A program made the position numbers and the translations under genes. Below, in pieces: positions 1-8,544 of a stretch of DNA of 55,659 bases (position 1 is its first letter; each line of letters opens with the position of its first letter). The notes under the pieces are model-generated. The model was given only the letters and a program-made list of their open reading frames with translations. It ran no database searches and was not told the DNA's origin. Origin of the DNA: a virus (Duplodnaviria > Caudoviricetes); the IMG/VR virus record IMGVR_UViG_3300028920_000083, positions 1 through 55,659 of that record. One strand, given 5' to 3'.

Positions 1-1106
1 AAGCTAATCTCAGTCCCTCGCGGGAAAGCCTTAGCTTCAATACACTTTGGAACTTCTTTCTCTGGATTGTCATAAGCCCACTGCCACGCTAGTCTATCAG
101 GGAGACTATCAAGATTGAGTTCCCAATCAGGAAAGTCATGCTGGATTTCGTGAATCTCATCCGGCCACGGACAGTCATCACGCATGGTAAGTTCACGTTC
201 TTTATCTGTGAACCCGGATAGTTCTAGCCGCTTACCATTAGGAAGCTCAAGTATCATAGCTCCCATGAGGCCACGCAGCTTAGAGCCTAAGTCTGTAGCC
301 CTACCAGTTATGTATCCTCTCACGATTCCTTCCATATCATTACGCTGCTTGACCTTAAGCAGATTGTAAGATCGTTCAGGATACCATACGCCAGTTGTAT
401 GCCGCAGTATCAGACCCTCACCACCGGCTCTAACAATTCTATTAAGACGATCCTCCATGACATCAACAGCGTCTTTTGTACCAAAAGGTAGTTGCTCTTG
501 ATGGTGGTCTATAACAATTGATTTTGACATCCCGATGTTATGTTTGGGCAAGATATCTCGCATCAGATATAGAGTTGTCTCGAACCGTCTAAGAGGCTTG
601 GGCCTATGAACAAGTTCGTGATAACCTGTAGTATGTTTTATCCACTGCATTATACCCTTGAAAGTCTTTTTGTAATTTGTGTTATTGATTTTACCATCTG
701 CAAAGACCGTTTCATATGCAGGCATGTCGAACACAAAGTAGTTGACATCTTCCCATCCATCACCCGGAATGGTATCTTTAACAGTGGACATGAGTTTTTG
801 ACGGGCATCTTCAATCCATAGCTCCCCGTCTAGGGGTATACGTGGGAGACTATCAAGCCACCAGTCAGGTGCATGTATAACATTGCCGTAACGTGACCAC
901 AAACCTGTAGCTACAGGTGGCTGAATATATCTCTCGTCCTTATCTGTGTTAGCCCAAGGCACATCTGATTTCAACATCCCCCGACTAACTCCACCATCCC
1001 AATACGCGCGCATACCATCTAATTTCTCACTGAGAAAATAGCCACCTATCCCATGCTTCTTGGGATTATAGGTATGCGCTAACATTAGGAACTCACGCTT
1101 TGCCAT
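1..1106 (-). CDS. ATP-dependent DNA ligase (3' end runs off the window; absent from the ORF track)
   Basis: Manual translation from ATG 1106 gives MAKREFLMLAH...SEKLDGMRAYWDGG (motif I KxDG); downstream GGEGLILR (motif IV) and LLKVK (motif V), then an OB-fold-like region. Confidence 0.9.
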   Translation of the reverse strand, partial: MAKREFLMLAHTYNPKKHGIGGYFLSEKLDGMRAYWDGGVSRGMLKSDVPWANTDKDERYIQPPVATGLWSRYGNVIHAPDWWLDSLPRIPLDGELWIEDARQKLMSTVKDTIPGDGWEDVNYFVFDMPAYETVFADGKINNTNYKKTFKGIMQWIKHTTGYHELVHRPKPLRRFETTLYLMRDILPKHNIGMSKSIVIDHHQEQLPFGTKDAVDVMEDRLNRIVRAGGEGLILRHTTGVWYPERSYNLLKVKQRNDMEGIVRGYITGRATDLGSKLRGLMGAMILELPNGKRLELSGFTDKERELTMRDDCPWPDEIHEIQHDFPDWELNLDSLPDRLAWQWAYDNPEKEVPKCIEAKAFPRGTEIS

Positions 1107-1476
1107 CGTATTCCTCCATGTACTCGCGTGTATGCCCGACCATGTAAAGGAAAGGCATTACGTATACCTCGTTAAAAGCTATATCCAACTTCTTTTTCAT
1201 CATAATAGCTGCTGGAGTATTGCAGCTATGTATGTATATCCTAGCTGTAGCTGGATCTCCCATGAACTTAACGCCTTCAACAAGATACTCAGCCACATCC
1301 ATACCACTACCTGCGTTGATTCCGAGATCATGGTCAAGCCATATCTCGTCGAAAGCATGTAGATCCATTTGTAAAGCATCTGCCACAGTCTTAACTATAT
1401 GAAGATCATGCTTCCGCATAATTTCACGGAACCATTCATGCCTGAACTTATCGTCCTCGACTACAAGTATCTTCAT
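1093..1476 (-). CDS. Stand-alone receiver-like protein (cyclic-phosphate-processing receiver, cREC-type)
   Basis: MKILVVEDD...LDHDLG...GMDVAEYL...IYIHSCN signature; ATG 1476 overlaps the upstream TGA (ATGA). Confidence 0.75.
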   Translation of the reverse strand: MKILVVEDDKFRHEWFREIMRKHDLHIVKTVADALQMDLHAFDEIWLDHDLGINAGSGMDVAEYLVEGVKFMGDPATARIYIHSCNTPAAIMMKKKLDIAFNEVYVMPFLYMVGHTREYMEEYDGKA

Positions 1477-2138
1477 ACCTTGGCCCCTATCCTTCTGCAC
1501 TTGGCTTCTATCCTATCTAGGATCTTGACGATCCATACGTGAGATTTCTCAAATCTCCAACCTATCTCACGTACTGTGTAGCCCTCAGCTTTGAGCATTG
1601 CCACTTGCTTTTCAAACTCTGAAAGATCCAAAGCATCAAGAAGTTCTTCAAGAGGCACTTCGTTATCTATATGCTTATCGTGACTGAGGAAAGCATCTTC
1701 AAGATAGTTTTCTTCATCATCAGGATGGCTTACCTGTGACACACTCATAGTTATTGGTAAGAACTCCGGTATCGTCATCTTTTCTATGAACTCTTTGAAG
1801 GCGTGACGTGGTATTGGTATCAGGTGATCGGTTTCTAAGAAGTCTTTAATGAATCTTTTCACAGTAGCCACAATGTAGGGTGTGATTTGCAGATCAACTA
1901 GCCTACCCTGTGATGCCCACACAACCGCTTGCGTAAGCCCGACCATGCCGCTTGATATAATATCCTCGCGCTTGTGCGGATATTTATAAATGTATCGCGC
2001 GCATACGCGATGCACTAACTTTATATGTGCAGTTATGACATGGCCTATAGCCTCTTTATCTCCGGCCTTGACTTTTACTACATATTGCGATAGTTCTGAT
2101 TCTGGTATCTCTACCAGATATTCATAGTCTTTGCTCAT
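1473..2138 (-). CDS. Phage-encoded sigma70-family RNA polymerase sigma factor
   Basis: Region 2-like HIKLVHRVCARY...DIISSGMVGLTQAV; region 4 HTH LSEFEKQV...GYTVREIG. Confidence 0.8.
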   Translation of the reverse strand: MSKDYEYLVEIPESELSQYVVKVKAGDKEAIGHVITAHIKLVHRVCARYIYKYPHKREDIISSGMVGLTQAVVWASQGRLVDLQITPYIVATVKRFIKDFLETDHLIPIPRHAFKEFIEKMTIPEFLPITMSVSQVSHPDDEENYLEDAFLSHDKHIDNEVPLEELLDALDLSEFEKQVAMLKAEGYTVREIGWRFEKSHVWIVKILDRIEAKCRRIGAKV

Positions 2139-2545
2139 GCTTCCTCCTCCAGATTCTCGATACCCTTTGCGAAGTTCGGCAACTGCTTCTTGACCTTCTC
2201 GAAGATACCCCGCACATCCAAGTCATAGGTGCCATAGTCAGCTTTGGAAGCATTCTCCAACTCTTTGTAAGGTATAAGGCCCAACTGTGCAGCCCGCGTA
2301 AGCGCGATAAGATGCGCGAGACTTCTTTTGCAATAGTCGTTGTAGAGTATGTAGATATGAGATTCGTAAATCTCCAACGTGTCCAACATAAGGAGTGCGG
2401 ACACAGGCGCAAGTGCTTTTGCGTCCGGGTCTATCTTGGGGCCTTCGTGCATAAGTTCGACGCATACACTAAGAGCGCCGGGATTACCCCCGCCCATTTT
2501 GATGATGACATCACTGGCAGTATCAGTTAGCTTAATCTTAGCCAC
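2135..2545 (-). CDS. Hypothetical phage protein (GGGNPGAL motif)
   Basis: 136-aa ORF coupled to both neighbours. Confidence 0.7.
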   Translation of the reverse strand: MAKIKLTDTASDVIIKMGGGNPGALSVCVELMHEGPKIDPDAKALAPVSALLMLDTLEIYESHIYILYNDYCKRSLAHLIALTRAAQLGLIPYKELENASKADYGTYDLDVRGIFEKVKKQLPNFAKGIENLEEEA

Positions 2546-2831
2546 GTTCTGGTTCTCCTATATCAAGAGCCACCTTCAACGTCCCCTTTTTATAACCGGG
2601 ACACATACCCTTCTGCCCCGGACAACCACTCCTGATGTGATAATCACAGTTCTCACAACTCTTGGTGCTGTGAAACCGGATTTTAAGATCATACCACTTT
2701 CTAACTGCCTCTGCAAACGGGCCACTTCCCTTGACAAACTTACGCGCGATCTTATATTTCTCCGCCATACTACCCGCGCGCTTAATAAGGGATTTTATAA
2801 TCCGATCCCGTGTTTGTGATTTGATTTCCAT
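2538..2831 (-). CDS. Hypothetical protein with C-terminal Cys cluster
   Basis: ATG 2831 preceded by GGAGG and downstream of the sigma70 promoter; CENC...C...C. Confidence 0.6.
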   Translation of the reverse strand: MEIKSQTRDRIIKSLIKRAGSMAEKYKIARKFVKGSGPFAEAVRKWYDLKIRFHSTKSCENCDYHIRSGCPGQKGMCPGYKKGTLKVALDIGEPERG

Positions 2832-2872
2832 AACGGGCCAATCCTCCGATATTCCGCCGCTTTCCATACTGT

Positions 2873-2901
2873 AGTATATCATACTATGGTGGCCGAGTCA
2901 A
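2873..2901 (-). promoter_or_regulatory. sigma70-type promoter for the sigma factor/receiver/ligase operon
   Basis: TTGACT-N17-TATACT with extended -10 TG and AT-rich upstream tract. Confidence 0.75.
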
Positions 2902-2949
2902 TTACAAAATTAAATAAAATTTATAACCGACATTGGCCCCTTATTAAAA

Positions 2950-3420
2950 TCAAATCAGTTTTACTTTAATCCATGCCTCCTTAATTACGAACTGATCGAT
3001 TTTGTAAATCACTCCCATTGGATCATATATTTTCTCACCATCCCACGCTACAGCATGAGGGACTAGACTACCTTCGCGTTGTCCTGTCACTATACCTTCT
3101 TGACCTTCTATCAGATTTAGAAATCGTGCATCGCATTTATGGGCATCCCATATTATCTTCGGTTGTGCCATACCCACTGGTGGCACGTTGCAAGGATATA
3201 AATGTATAGGCATGAGTCCAAGTCCACGACGTATGAAGCAGTCTATAATCTCCTGAATATTGAAGCTACGTATCTGAAAACTCTTGCTAAGTTCGGGCCA
3301 CCATATCTCTTGCCCATCGTGACCGATCTCACGAATCAATATCTCAGGAGGCTCATCAAGTACCATAGCTGCTGAGTAGAGGAGACAGCTATCATTCGGC
3401 TGTTTTAAGAGCTTCATCAT
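2950..3420 (-). CDS. Papain-fold, C39-like cysteine peptidase
   Basis: Q-x4-C (KQPNDSC) near the N-terminus, then HAVAW and IYDP, matching the Cys-His-Asp order of C39-like enzymes. Confidence 0.65.
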   Translation of the reverse strand: MMKLLKQPNDSCLLYSAAMVLDEPPEILIREIGHDGQEIWWPELSKSFQIRSFNIQEIIDCFIRRGLGLMPIHLYPCNVPPVGMAQPKIIWDAHKCDARFLNLIEGQEGIVTGQREGSLVPHAVAWDGEKIYDPMGVIYKIDQFVIKEAWIKVKLI

Positions 3421-3721
3421 TTTCTCCTCTAATTATAAGTTTTGATAAAATTTGCTGTGTAAAAGGTACACCAGCTTCGTCTTTACATTCAACACTCTCT
3501 AAAACTCTCTCCACTGAAAATTCGGGTGCCACGCACTTAGGGTCCGAAGCCGGGAACCCATCATATAATGTAAGATACTCTATACTTTGCGTATCAAACC
3601 GAAACCTCGCCTCTATCACTACCATCCCGCTCAGGAGTCTCGCTACTAGTTCCGGGTAGTTCTGTATCGTCTCCATCCGTATGAAGAAGTGGCCTAGGTT
3701 CCTTTGTTCCACTAACGCCAT
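3392..3721 (-). CDS. Hypothetical protein
   Basis: ATG 3721 (MALVEQ) after GGAGG. Confidence 0.6.
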   Translation of the reverse strand: MALVEQRNLGHFFIRMETIQNYPELVARLLSGMVVIEARFRFDTQSIEYLTLYDGFPASDPKCVAPEFSVERVLESVECKDEAGVPFTQQILSKLIIRGENDEALKTAE

Positions 3722-4205
3722 CGTCTGGACCCTCCAGTAAGGATTCAGGAATCTCAATAAATTGTCTAGCTATATTTTTGAGATCCCTAGATATACCGCA
3801 AGCAAAGATTACCACATCTACACCACGCTGCTGCGCCCAATCAACAGCCGGAACCAAGTCACCGTCGGCTGTACCTAAGATTATCATATCGAATCTATCA
3901 ATCATATTTACGATGTCAATAGCAATCCCAACATCCCAATCAGCTTTACGCTTGAAGTTAGGTTGATGGCTATAGCTCTTAGGAGTTTTGTATTTAGTAT
4001 GGAAACCTACTTGCTTAAGACAGTATATAAAGTTAGCTGCCTCATTATTAATCTGAGCCCCATAAGCTATAGCTTGTTGAATGTCACCAAGCTCTTTAAT
4101 AAATGCTATGTATTTGGCATAGTCAAGCTTGCGGTCTTGATACTTCTTTGAAATGCAATAGTAAAGATTTGAGACATCTACAAAAACACCAATGCGCTTT
4201 GCCAT
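3594..4205 (-). CDS. NYN-domain (LabA/DUF88, PIN-like) protein
   Basis: VFVDVSNL, KADWDVGIAID and GTADGDLVP motifs. Confidence 0.85.
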   Translation of the reverse strand: MAKRIGVFVDVSNLYYCISKKYQDRKLDYAKYIAFIKELGDIQQAIAYGAQINNEAANFIYCLKQVGFHTKYKTPKSYSHQPNFKRKADWDVGIAIDIVNMIDRFDMIILGTADGDLVPAVDWAQQRGVDVVIFACGISRDLKNIARQFIEIPESLLEGPDDGVSGTKEPRPLLHTDGDDTELPGTSSETPERDGSDRGEVSV

Positions 4206-4206
4206 C

Positions 4207-4569
4207 TTATAGCCCCCTAGCTTTCCATGTATCAAGGTACTGGTACCAGTTGGGTGCTTCAAATAGCTTGGCATACTCATCATCGGTTGCCGCTATTAAT
4301 ATCCAAACACCCGAACCATTGGCACAAATCTTTGGGAAATGTTCCAATTGCGCTGGAGTAAATTTATAACTCTTAGGATTCTTAACCTCTACCCAACGCT
4401 GGCCGTACCTATAATGACATGCAAATAGATCTGGAAATCCGCTTTGGTACATATTACCATGCGTTTCCATCACATGCCAGCCCAAGTTACGAAGATACAT
4501 TATTATAGCAGCCTGTATCTTCGCCTCAGGCCCGGATTTCCCATATGTTTTTAAGTGTTTACGTTTCAA
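4207..4569 (-). CDS. VRR-NUC (PD-(D/E)XK) endonuclease
   Basis: EAKIQ...GFPDL...WVEVK...TPAQ pattern. Confidence 0.85.
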   Translation of the reverse strand: MKRKHLKTYGKSGPEAKIQAAIIMYLRNLGWHVMETHGNMYQSGFPDLFACHYRYGQRWVEVKNPKSYKFTPAQLEHFPKICANGSGVWILIAATDDEYAKLFEAPNWYQYLDTWKARGL

Positions 4570-4834
4570 TCATCACCGCCAGTGTCGCTAGACGTATCGC
4601 CTGTATCAGCTTCGCTTGATATGCTTCCTTCCTCCCGTGTATCCTCAGGGCTCTTGCCTCCTCCAGAGCTATCTGAATCGCTCTCTCCAGATAATTCGCG
4701 TCCTCCATCTGAGCTATCACCTTCATTGTTCCCGGTTCCTTCGGGTTGAAGGTCGCTTCCCTCAGGATTTTCCGAATCTTCGTTAGACTTGGCTGCCCGC
4801 AAGGCAGCGTCTTTGGCTCCGATTTCTTCGTCAT
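4559..4834 (-). CDS. Hypothetical helical protein, almost fully overlapped by the tail of 4566..5039
   Basis: 91-aa ORF with protein-like amphipathic composition; overlaps the VRR-NUC start. Confidence 0.55.
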   Translation of the reverse strand: MTKKSEPKTLPCGQPSLTKIRKILREATFNPKEPGTMKVIAQMEDANYLERAIQIALEEARALRIHGRKEAYQAKLIQAIRLATLAVMIET

Positions 4835-5039
4835 TGAGTATCCCCTTATCTTTAAGAACCATAATACAAACCGTAAAGTTCCTCATAATTGCGGATAATT
4901 GTCCAAGCTTCTTGGACATTATTTTCAACCGTATATCATGCTCCTCTAATATCCTAATCAGCGGTCCCCACTTCTGCTTTTTTCTTGCTTCCTCCCTTCT
5001 TTGCCTTCGACTTTTTTGATCTTCTCTTGATTTCGGCAT
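4566..5039 (-). CDS. Hypothetical protein with long acidic low-complexity tail
   Basis: ORF track; basic N-terminus, S/G/D/E-rich C-terminus. Confidence 0.55.
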   Translation of the reverse strand: MPKSREDQKSRRQRREEARKKQKWGPLIRILEEHDIRLKIMSKKLGQLSAIMRNFTVCIMVLKDKGILNDEEIGAKDAALRAAKSNEDSENPEGSDLQPEGTGNNEGDSSDGGRELSGESDSDSSGGGKSPEDTREEGSISSEADTGDTSSDTGGDD

Positions 5040-5403
5040 TATACTTACCCTTCTTAAAGAAGTCTGGTCTAGACCTACTAACGATGGCCTTTCTAAATAT
5101 TACCAACCGCTCTTTAAGCATCTTCACTTCACGGTGCTCATCAAAATCTTCACCCCACGCTTTATATCGTGTCCATAGCGTTTCGGGTAGAAGCTTACGA
5201 ACAGCCATAACATCTTTATACTCGGATTCATGAATCCTTTCTAACCACTTATGAGCCTCAATAACCATTTCTGATCTGCAAATCTCAGCATTCTCAGGAA
5301 CCTGTAAATATCCCTCCTTAATATTAGCCTCCTGCAACATCAGCCCCATTTCCACCAACATTATCCTCATCTTCTCTAGTCTCTCTACTTTGCTGTAAGC
5401 CAT
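4954..5403 (-). CDS. Hypothetical protein
   Basis: AAGGAG RBS before the ATG. Confidence 0.6.
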   Translation of the reverse strand: MAYSKVERLEKMRIMLVEMGLMLQEANIKEGYLQVPENAEICRSEMVIEAHKWLERIHESEYKDVMAVRKLLPETLWTRYKAWGEDFDEHREVKMLKERLVIFRKAIVSRSRPDFFKKGKYNAEIKRRSKKSKAKKGGSKKKAEVGTAD

Positions 5404-5725
5404 ACTGCTTCTCCTTTTCTTGAATGGCCTTAATAAGCTCGGCTTTTGTTATCCGAGAATAATTCTTTACCCCTAATCGACCGCCGATATCTCGTAACTG
5501 TCTTAGAGATTTCTCGCCTAAATCTATCGAAGGATGATTGCGTATCCATGCGTTCAACCTTCCTTTCGACTCGGCTCGTATAATCTCAAACACTTCATCT
5601 TTTTGTCTCTTACTTGAATCCGCCCAAAGCCTTTCAAACTTCGGTTGTAAAATAGTTGTCTCAAGGCTCCGTAATAGAAGAACCTTGTTGTGAACCTCCT
5701 CCCGCAATTTGATCAAACGTTCCAT
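5324..5725 (-). CDS. Protein with a Rho N-terminal-like (HEH) nucleic-acid-binding motif
   Basis: SLRQLRDIGGRLGVKNYSRITKAELIKAI resembles the Rho_N consensus. Confidence 0.6.
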   Translation of the reverse strand: MERLIKLREEVHNKVLLLRSLETTILQPKFERLWADSSKRQKDEVFEIIRAESKGRLNAWIRNHPSIDLGEKSLRQLRDIGGRLGVKNYSRITKAELIKAIQEKEKQYGLQQSRETREDEDNVGGNGADVAGG

Positions 5726-5921
5726 CTTCCATGTCCTTTTCTAGTTGTTTGCGTTGTCGTTCCATTAAAAGAACAGCAACCCGCAAATCCTCAGTAAAAC
5801 AATTTAAGGCTGTCTCTTTGAACAGTGCCTCCTCAGCCGATAGTTTTTTAGATGTTGATTTAACAATCAGGTTGTTAGTCATGGCTCGGTAACTAATCAT
5901 TTTTATCTCATGTTCATTCAT
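5661..5921 (-). CDS. Hypothetical protein
   Basis: TAATG coupling to the polymerase stop. Confidence 0.6.
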   Translation of the reverse strand: MNEHEIKMISYRAMTNNLIVKSTSKKLSAEEALFKETALNCFTEDLRVAVLLMERQRKQLEKDMEDGTFDQIAGGGSQQGSSITEP

Positions 5922-8227
5922 TATTTATCCGCCCAAGATTTAAGCTTATCACTCCAATCAATAGCGATAAGGGGGACTTTCGCTTTTAATCTTTCTACAA
6001 GTGCATCAACTTTTTCTTTTATCAGTGGCACTACCTCCTTTAATGCTGGACACTCTATTTCATCATGGACATTAAGAGGAATAACTCGCCAACGATTTAT
6101 TCCTTCTGGTTGCAATTCCCAAATATCATTTTGCAGCATCTTTGTTATCTCTGCACCCGATGATTGTATCTCATGATTAGCTGCTGCCCTCATGTTAGCA
6201 GCTTGCATAGCAAAGGCCGCAGCAAATAATGCAGACCTACACGCTCCCGAAGCAGACTGTACTCTATCTCGTCGTACCACATTGATCTTGATTTGCTGCC
6301 AGTGCTTTGGAGGATCTTCTGCAAGTGTAAATAAAGTTTTACAAATTTGATTTTCAAGTGTAAAGTAACGTTTGAATCCAAATATTGATTCAACGTAATC
6401 TGCTGGCTCATGCCATTCTACTTTTGTTCCTATACCACCGGGCTGACGCATTGAGCAAAACTTATCAAACGTTTCTTTACGACGCATACCCCAAACTTTA
6501 TATTTATTAATCCAAGCTTGATAAGCTACATTAGCAGCTTCTTCTGTGATTCCTACTCTAGTCTGTAGGGTATAGGCTTCACCGCCATACAACATGGCGA
6601 ATACACCATTCTTAGATCTAATATATTTGTCAGCTTCATCAGGTAATCCTGATGTAGCAAGTATCTCATCATAAGCCATACCGGGGAATAAGAACATTCC
6701 AAATAGACCATGTATCTTTTTACCACTTAATAGATCGATTCTAAGATCAGGATCACCATATACCGCATCAGCTAAAACAACTTCAAAACCTGCAAAATCG
6801 CCACCACACAAAATATAATCAGGGTCAGCGAGTAGAAAACAAGCCCGGACTTCTTTTGTCCTTTTGATACCTTGTGCATTAAGGTCGTCCCCTCCAGACA
6901 TCCTTGAAGAACGAGTGCCAATAACATTGAAACTAGCATGAAAACGACCTGCCCTAATAAGCTTGTCATAAAGTTCTATTTCTTTCTGCGCGTGTCTTGC
7001 CGCTAAAATATCCTGTGCCCTAAGTGCAGCAGGATGAGGTTCACCTGATTCTAGTAATCCTTCACGACAATTATTACAACCCATACCCTCACACTTAGGG
7101 CAGATATCTTCTTTATTCCATCTGGATACCTCCTCCAATATTGGGGCTTTAGTAGTTATCTTCCCACCCACGCGCATCGTGAGTTTTTCTGTTTCACTCA
7201 TCACTTCTTCAAGATACTTACGACAAACGGCAGGTGAATTAAAATTAAACTCGAATTGATGTAACTTCTCCTCAGACTTAACTCTAAGATTTTTTAATCC
7301 TTCTACATCTATTCTGAAACCATGCCATCTAACTGCACCAACCATACAAGCTAGTATACTATCAATATCATCTGGTTCAGGCTTCTTGAAATATTCATAA
7401 AGCATCCGAGTATACTTCACATCATCACTTGCATACGCTCGCGCCAACGAATTGTATGTCCAATGTGATGCGTGCATATGCACAACGTCTGGCCATGCCC
7501 CGCGCCAATTGCCGGGTTCACCAATAGCTAATGCAAAAGGTGCGTAACCCAATTCAACAGGCATAGCCTTGGGCGGTGGCTCAACATCTGCGAACAATTT
7601 TATAGACTCGGTTTCGATACCAAGTGCATCTTGAGCTAGAGCTTTAAGCGCACTTGATGGCGCAAACTTAAGAACAACATCCTTGAATTCAGGCTCAACA
7701 TCCCCGAAGTCATCATGGCGATCTTGAACCTGCCATCTTACTGACTTATCCTTGCGACGGGCAAAATAGACATCATTAAGAGGGATTCTAGAATCAAGCT
7801 CACGGGCTAGTTCCCAAGCTAAAGCTGTTGGAACCTTTTTAATACGGATGTCGTTACGGTCCATTGTAGACTGGTATGGACCTTTACGAGCATGAAGCAT
7901 TAAGTCAAGTGCATGAGCCGGTTTCAGGCATGGTCCCCATCTAGCTTTATCCTCAGCCAGTGCATATTCTTCAATACAATCTATAGGATGCCTACGTGGG
8001 TCTGGTAGACTAATAAGTGTAGTATAAGTTTGACAAAGATGGAACCAATCAAAAGCTAAATTAAAACCACAAATGCCTTCTTCGACAAATGCCTCAATCA
8101 ACTCAATTGTTTCAGAGATTGGAGAATGCCACACAGAATGCAGAATGATTTCGCCATCATCCTGCGCGTACTGTATTAGTACGGTAGGGCCGTGCAAGCC
8201 ACAAGTTTCTGTGTCTACAAAATACAC
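5921..8227 (-). CDS. polA: Family A DNA polymerase with 3'-5' exonuclease
   Basis: ExoI DTET, ExoII FNLAFD, ExoIII YASDD, motif A DFAGFE, motif B RSKNGVFAMLYG, motif C VHDE; GTG 8227 after GGAG, overlapping the upstream TAG. Confidence 0.92.
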   Translation of the reverse strand: MYFVDTETCGLHGPTVLIQYAQDDGEIILHSVWHSPISETIELIEAFVEEGICGFNLAFDWFHLCQTYTTLISLPDPRRHPIDCIEEYALAEDKARWGPCLKPAHALDLMLHARKGPYQSTMDRNDIRIKKVPTALAWELARELDSRIPLNDVYFARRKDKSVRWQVQDRHDDFGDVEPEFKDVVLKFAPSSALKALAQDALGIETESIKLFADVEPPPKAMPVELGYAPFALAIGEPGNWRGAWPDVVHMHASHWTYNSLARAYASDDVKYTRMLYEYFKKPEPDDIDSILACMVGAVRWHGFRIDVEGLKNLRVKSEEKLHQFEFNFNSPAVCRKYLEEVMSETEKLTMRVGGKITTKAPILEEVSRWNKEDICPKCEGMGCNNCREGLLESGEPHPAALRAQDILAARHAQKEIELYDKLIRAGRFHASFNVIGTRSSRMSGGDDLNAQGIKRTKEVRACFLLADPDYILCGGDFAGFEVVLADAVYGDPDLRIDLLSGKKIHGLFGMFLFPGMAYDEILATSGLPDEADKYIRSKNGVFAMLYGGEAYTLQTRVGITEEAANVAYQAWINKYKVWGMRRKETFDKFCSMRQPGGIGTKVEWHEPADYVESIFGFKRYFTLENQICKTLFTLAEDPPKHWQQIKINVVRRDRVQSASGACRSALFAAAFAMQAANMRAAANHEIQSSGAEITKMLQNDIWELQPEGINRWRVIPLNVHDEIECPALKEVVPLIKEKVDALVERLKAKVPLIAIDWSDKLKSWADK

Positions 8228-8310
8228 TAACTTAAACTCCACAATAAGAGCCAAATTAAAACTATTGACCCAAAAACCGCAAAAAGGATTTTGAGATCAC
8301 TTTTGTCCAT
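8227..8310 (-). CDS. 27-aa single-pass membrane peptide
   Basis: MDKSDLKILFAVFGSIVLIWLLLWSLS; AAGGAG RBS; stop coupled to the pol start. Confidence 0.55.
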   Translation of the reverse strand: MDKSDLKILFAVFGSIVLIWLLLWSLS

Positions 8311-8410
8311 CTTTCTCCTTAGCATCACGTCGTTCAAAATACCAAGCATACAAAGCAGCACACCCTAACCATGCTATAGGTATTGCTGCTAATAGTATAA
8401 CCTCAAGCAT
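8297..8410 (-). CDS. 37-aa membrane peptide
   Basis: MLEVILLAAIPIAWLGCAALYAWYFERRDAKEKDGQK; GGAG RBS. Confidence 0.55.
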   Translation of the reverse strand: MLEVILLAAIPIAWLGCAALYAWYFERRDAKEKDGQK

Positions 8411-8412
8411 AA

Positions 8413-8544
8413 TCACTCCGCCATTAATTGTTGTATATCATAAGCAATATCACAAGCACATTCGTAACAAACTTTTTGAGGCCAGTAATTAGTTTCTACT
8501 AACCCACTTACCCACTCTCTACAGTGTGGGCACCTTATCTTCAT
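8413..8544 (-). CDS. Small zinc-ribbon protein
   Basis: MKIRCPHC...CYEC; fills the gap between neighbours. Confidence 0.5.
   Translation of the reverse strand: MKIRCPHCREWVSGLVETNYWPQKVCYECACDIAYDIQQLMAE

Noticed and set aside
3392-5921. Alternative genetic code as an explanation for the long overlaps
   Set aside because: TAA, TAG and TGA all terminate well-defined genes elsewhere and conserved proteins are uninterrupted in code 11
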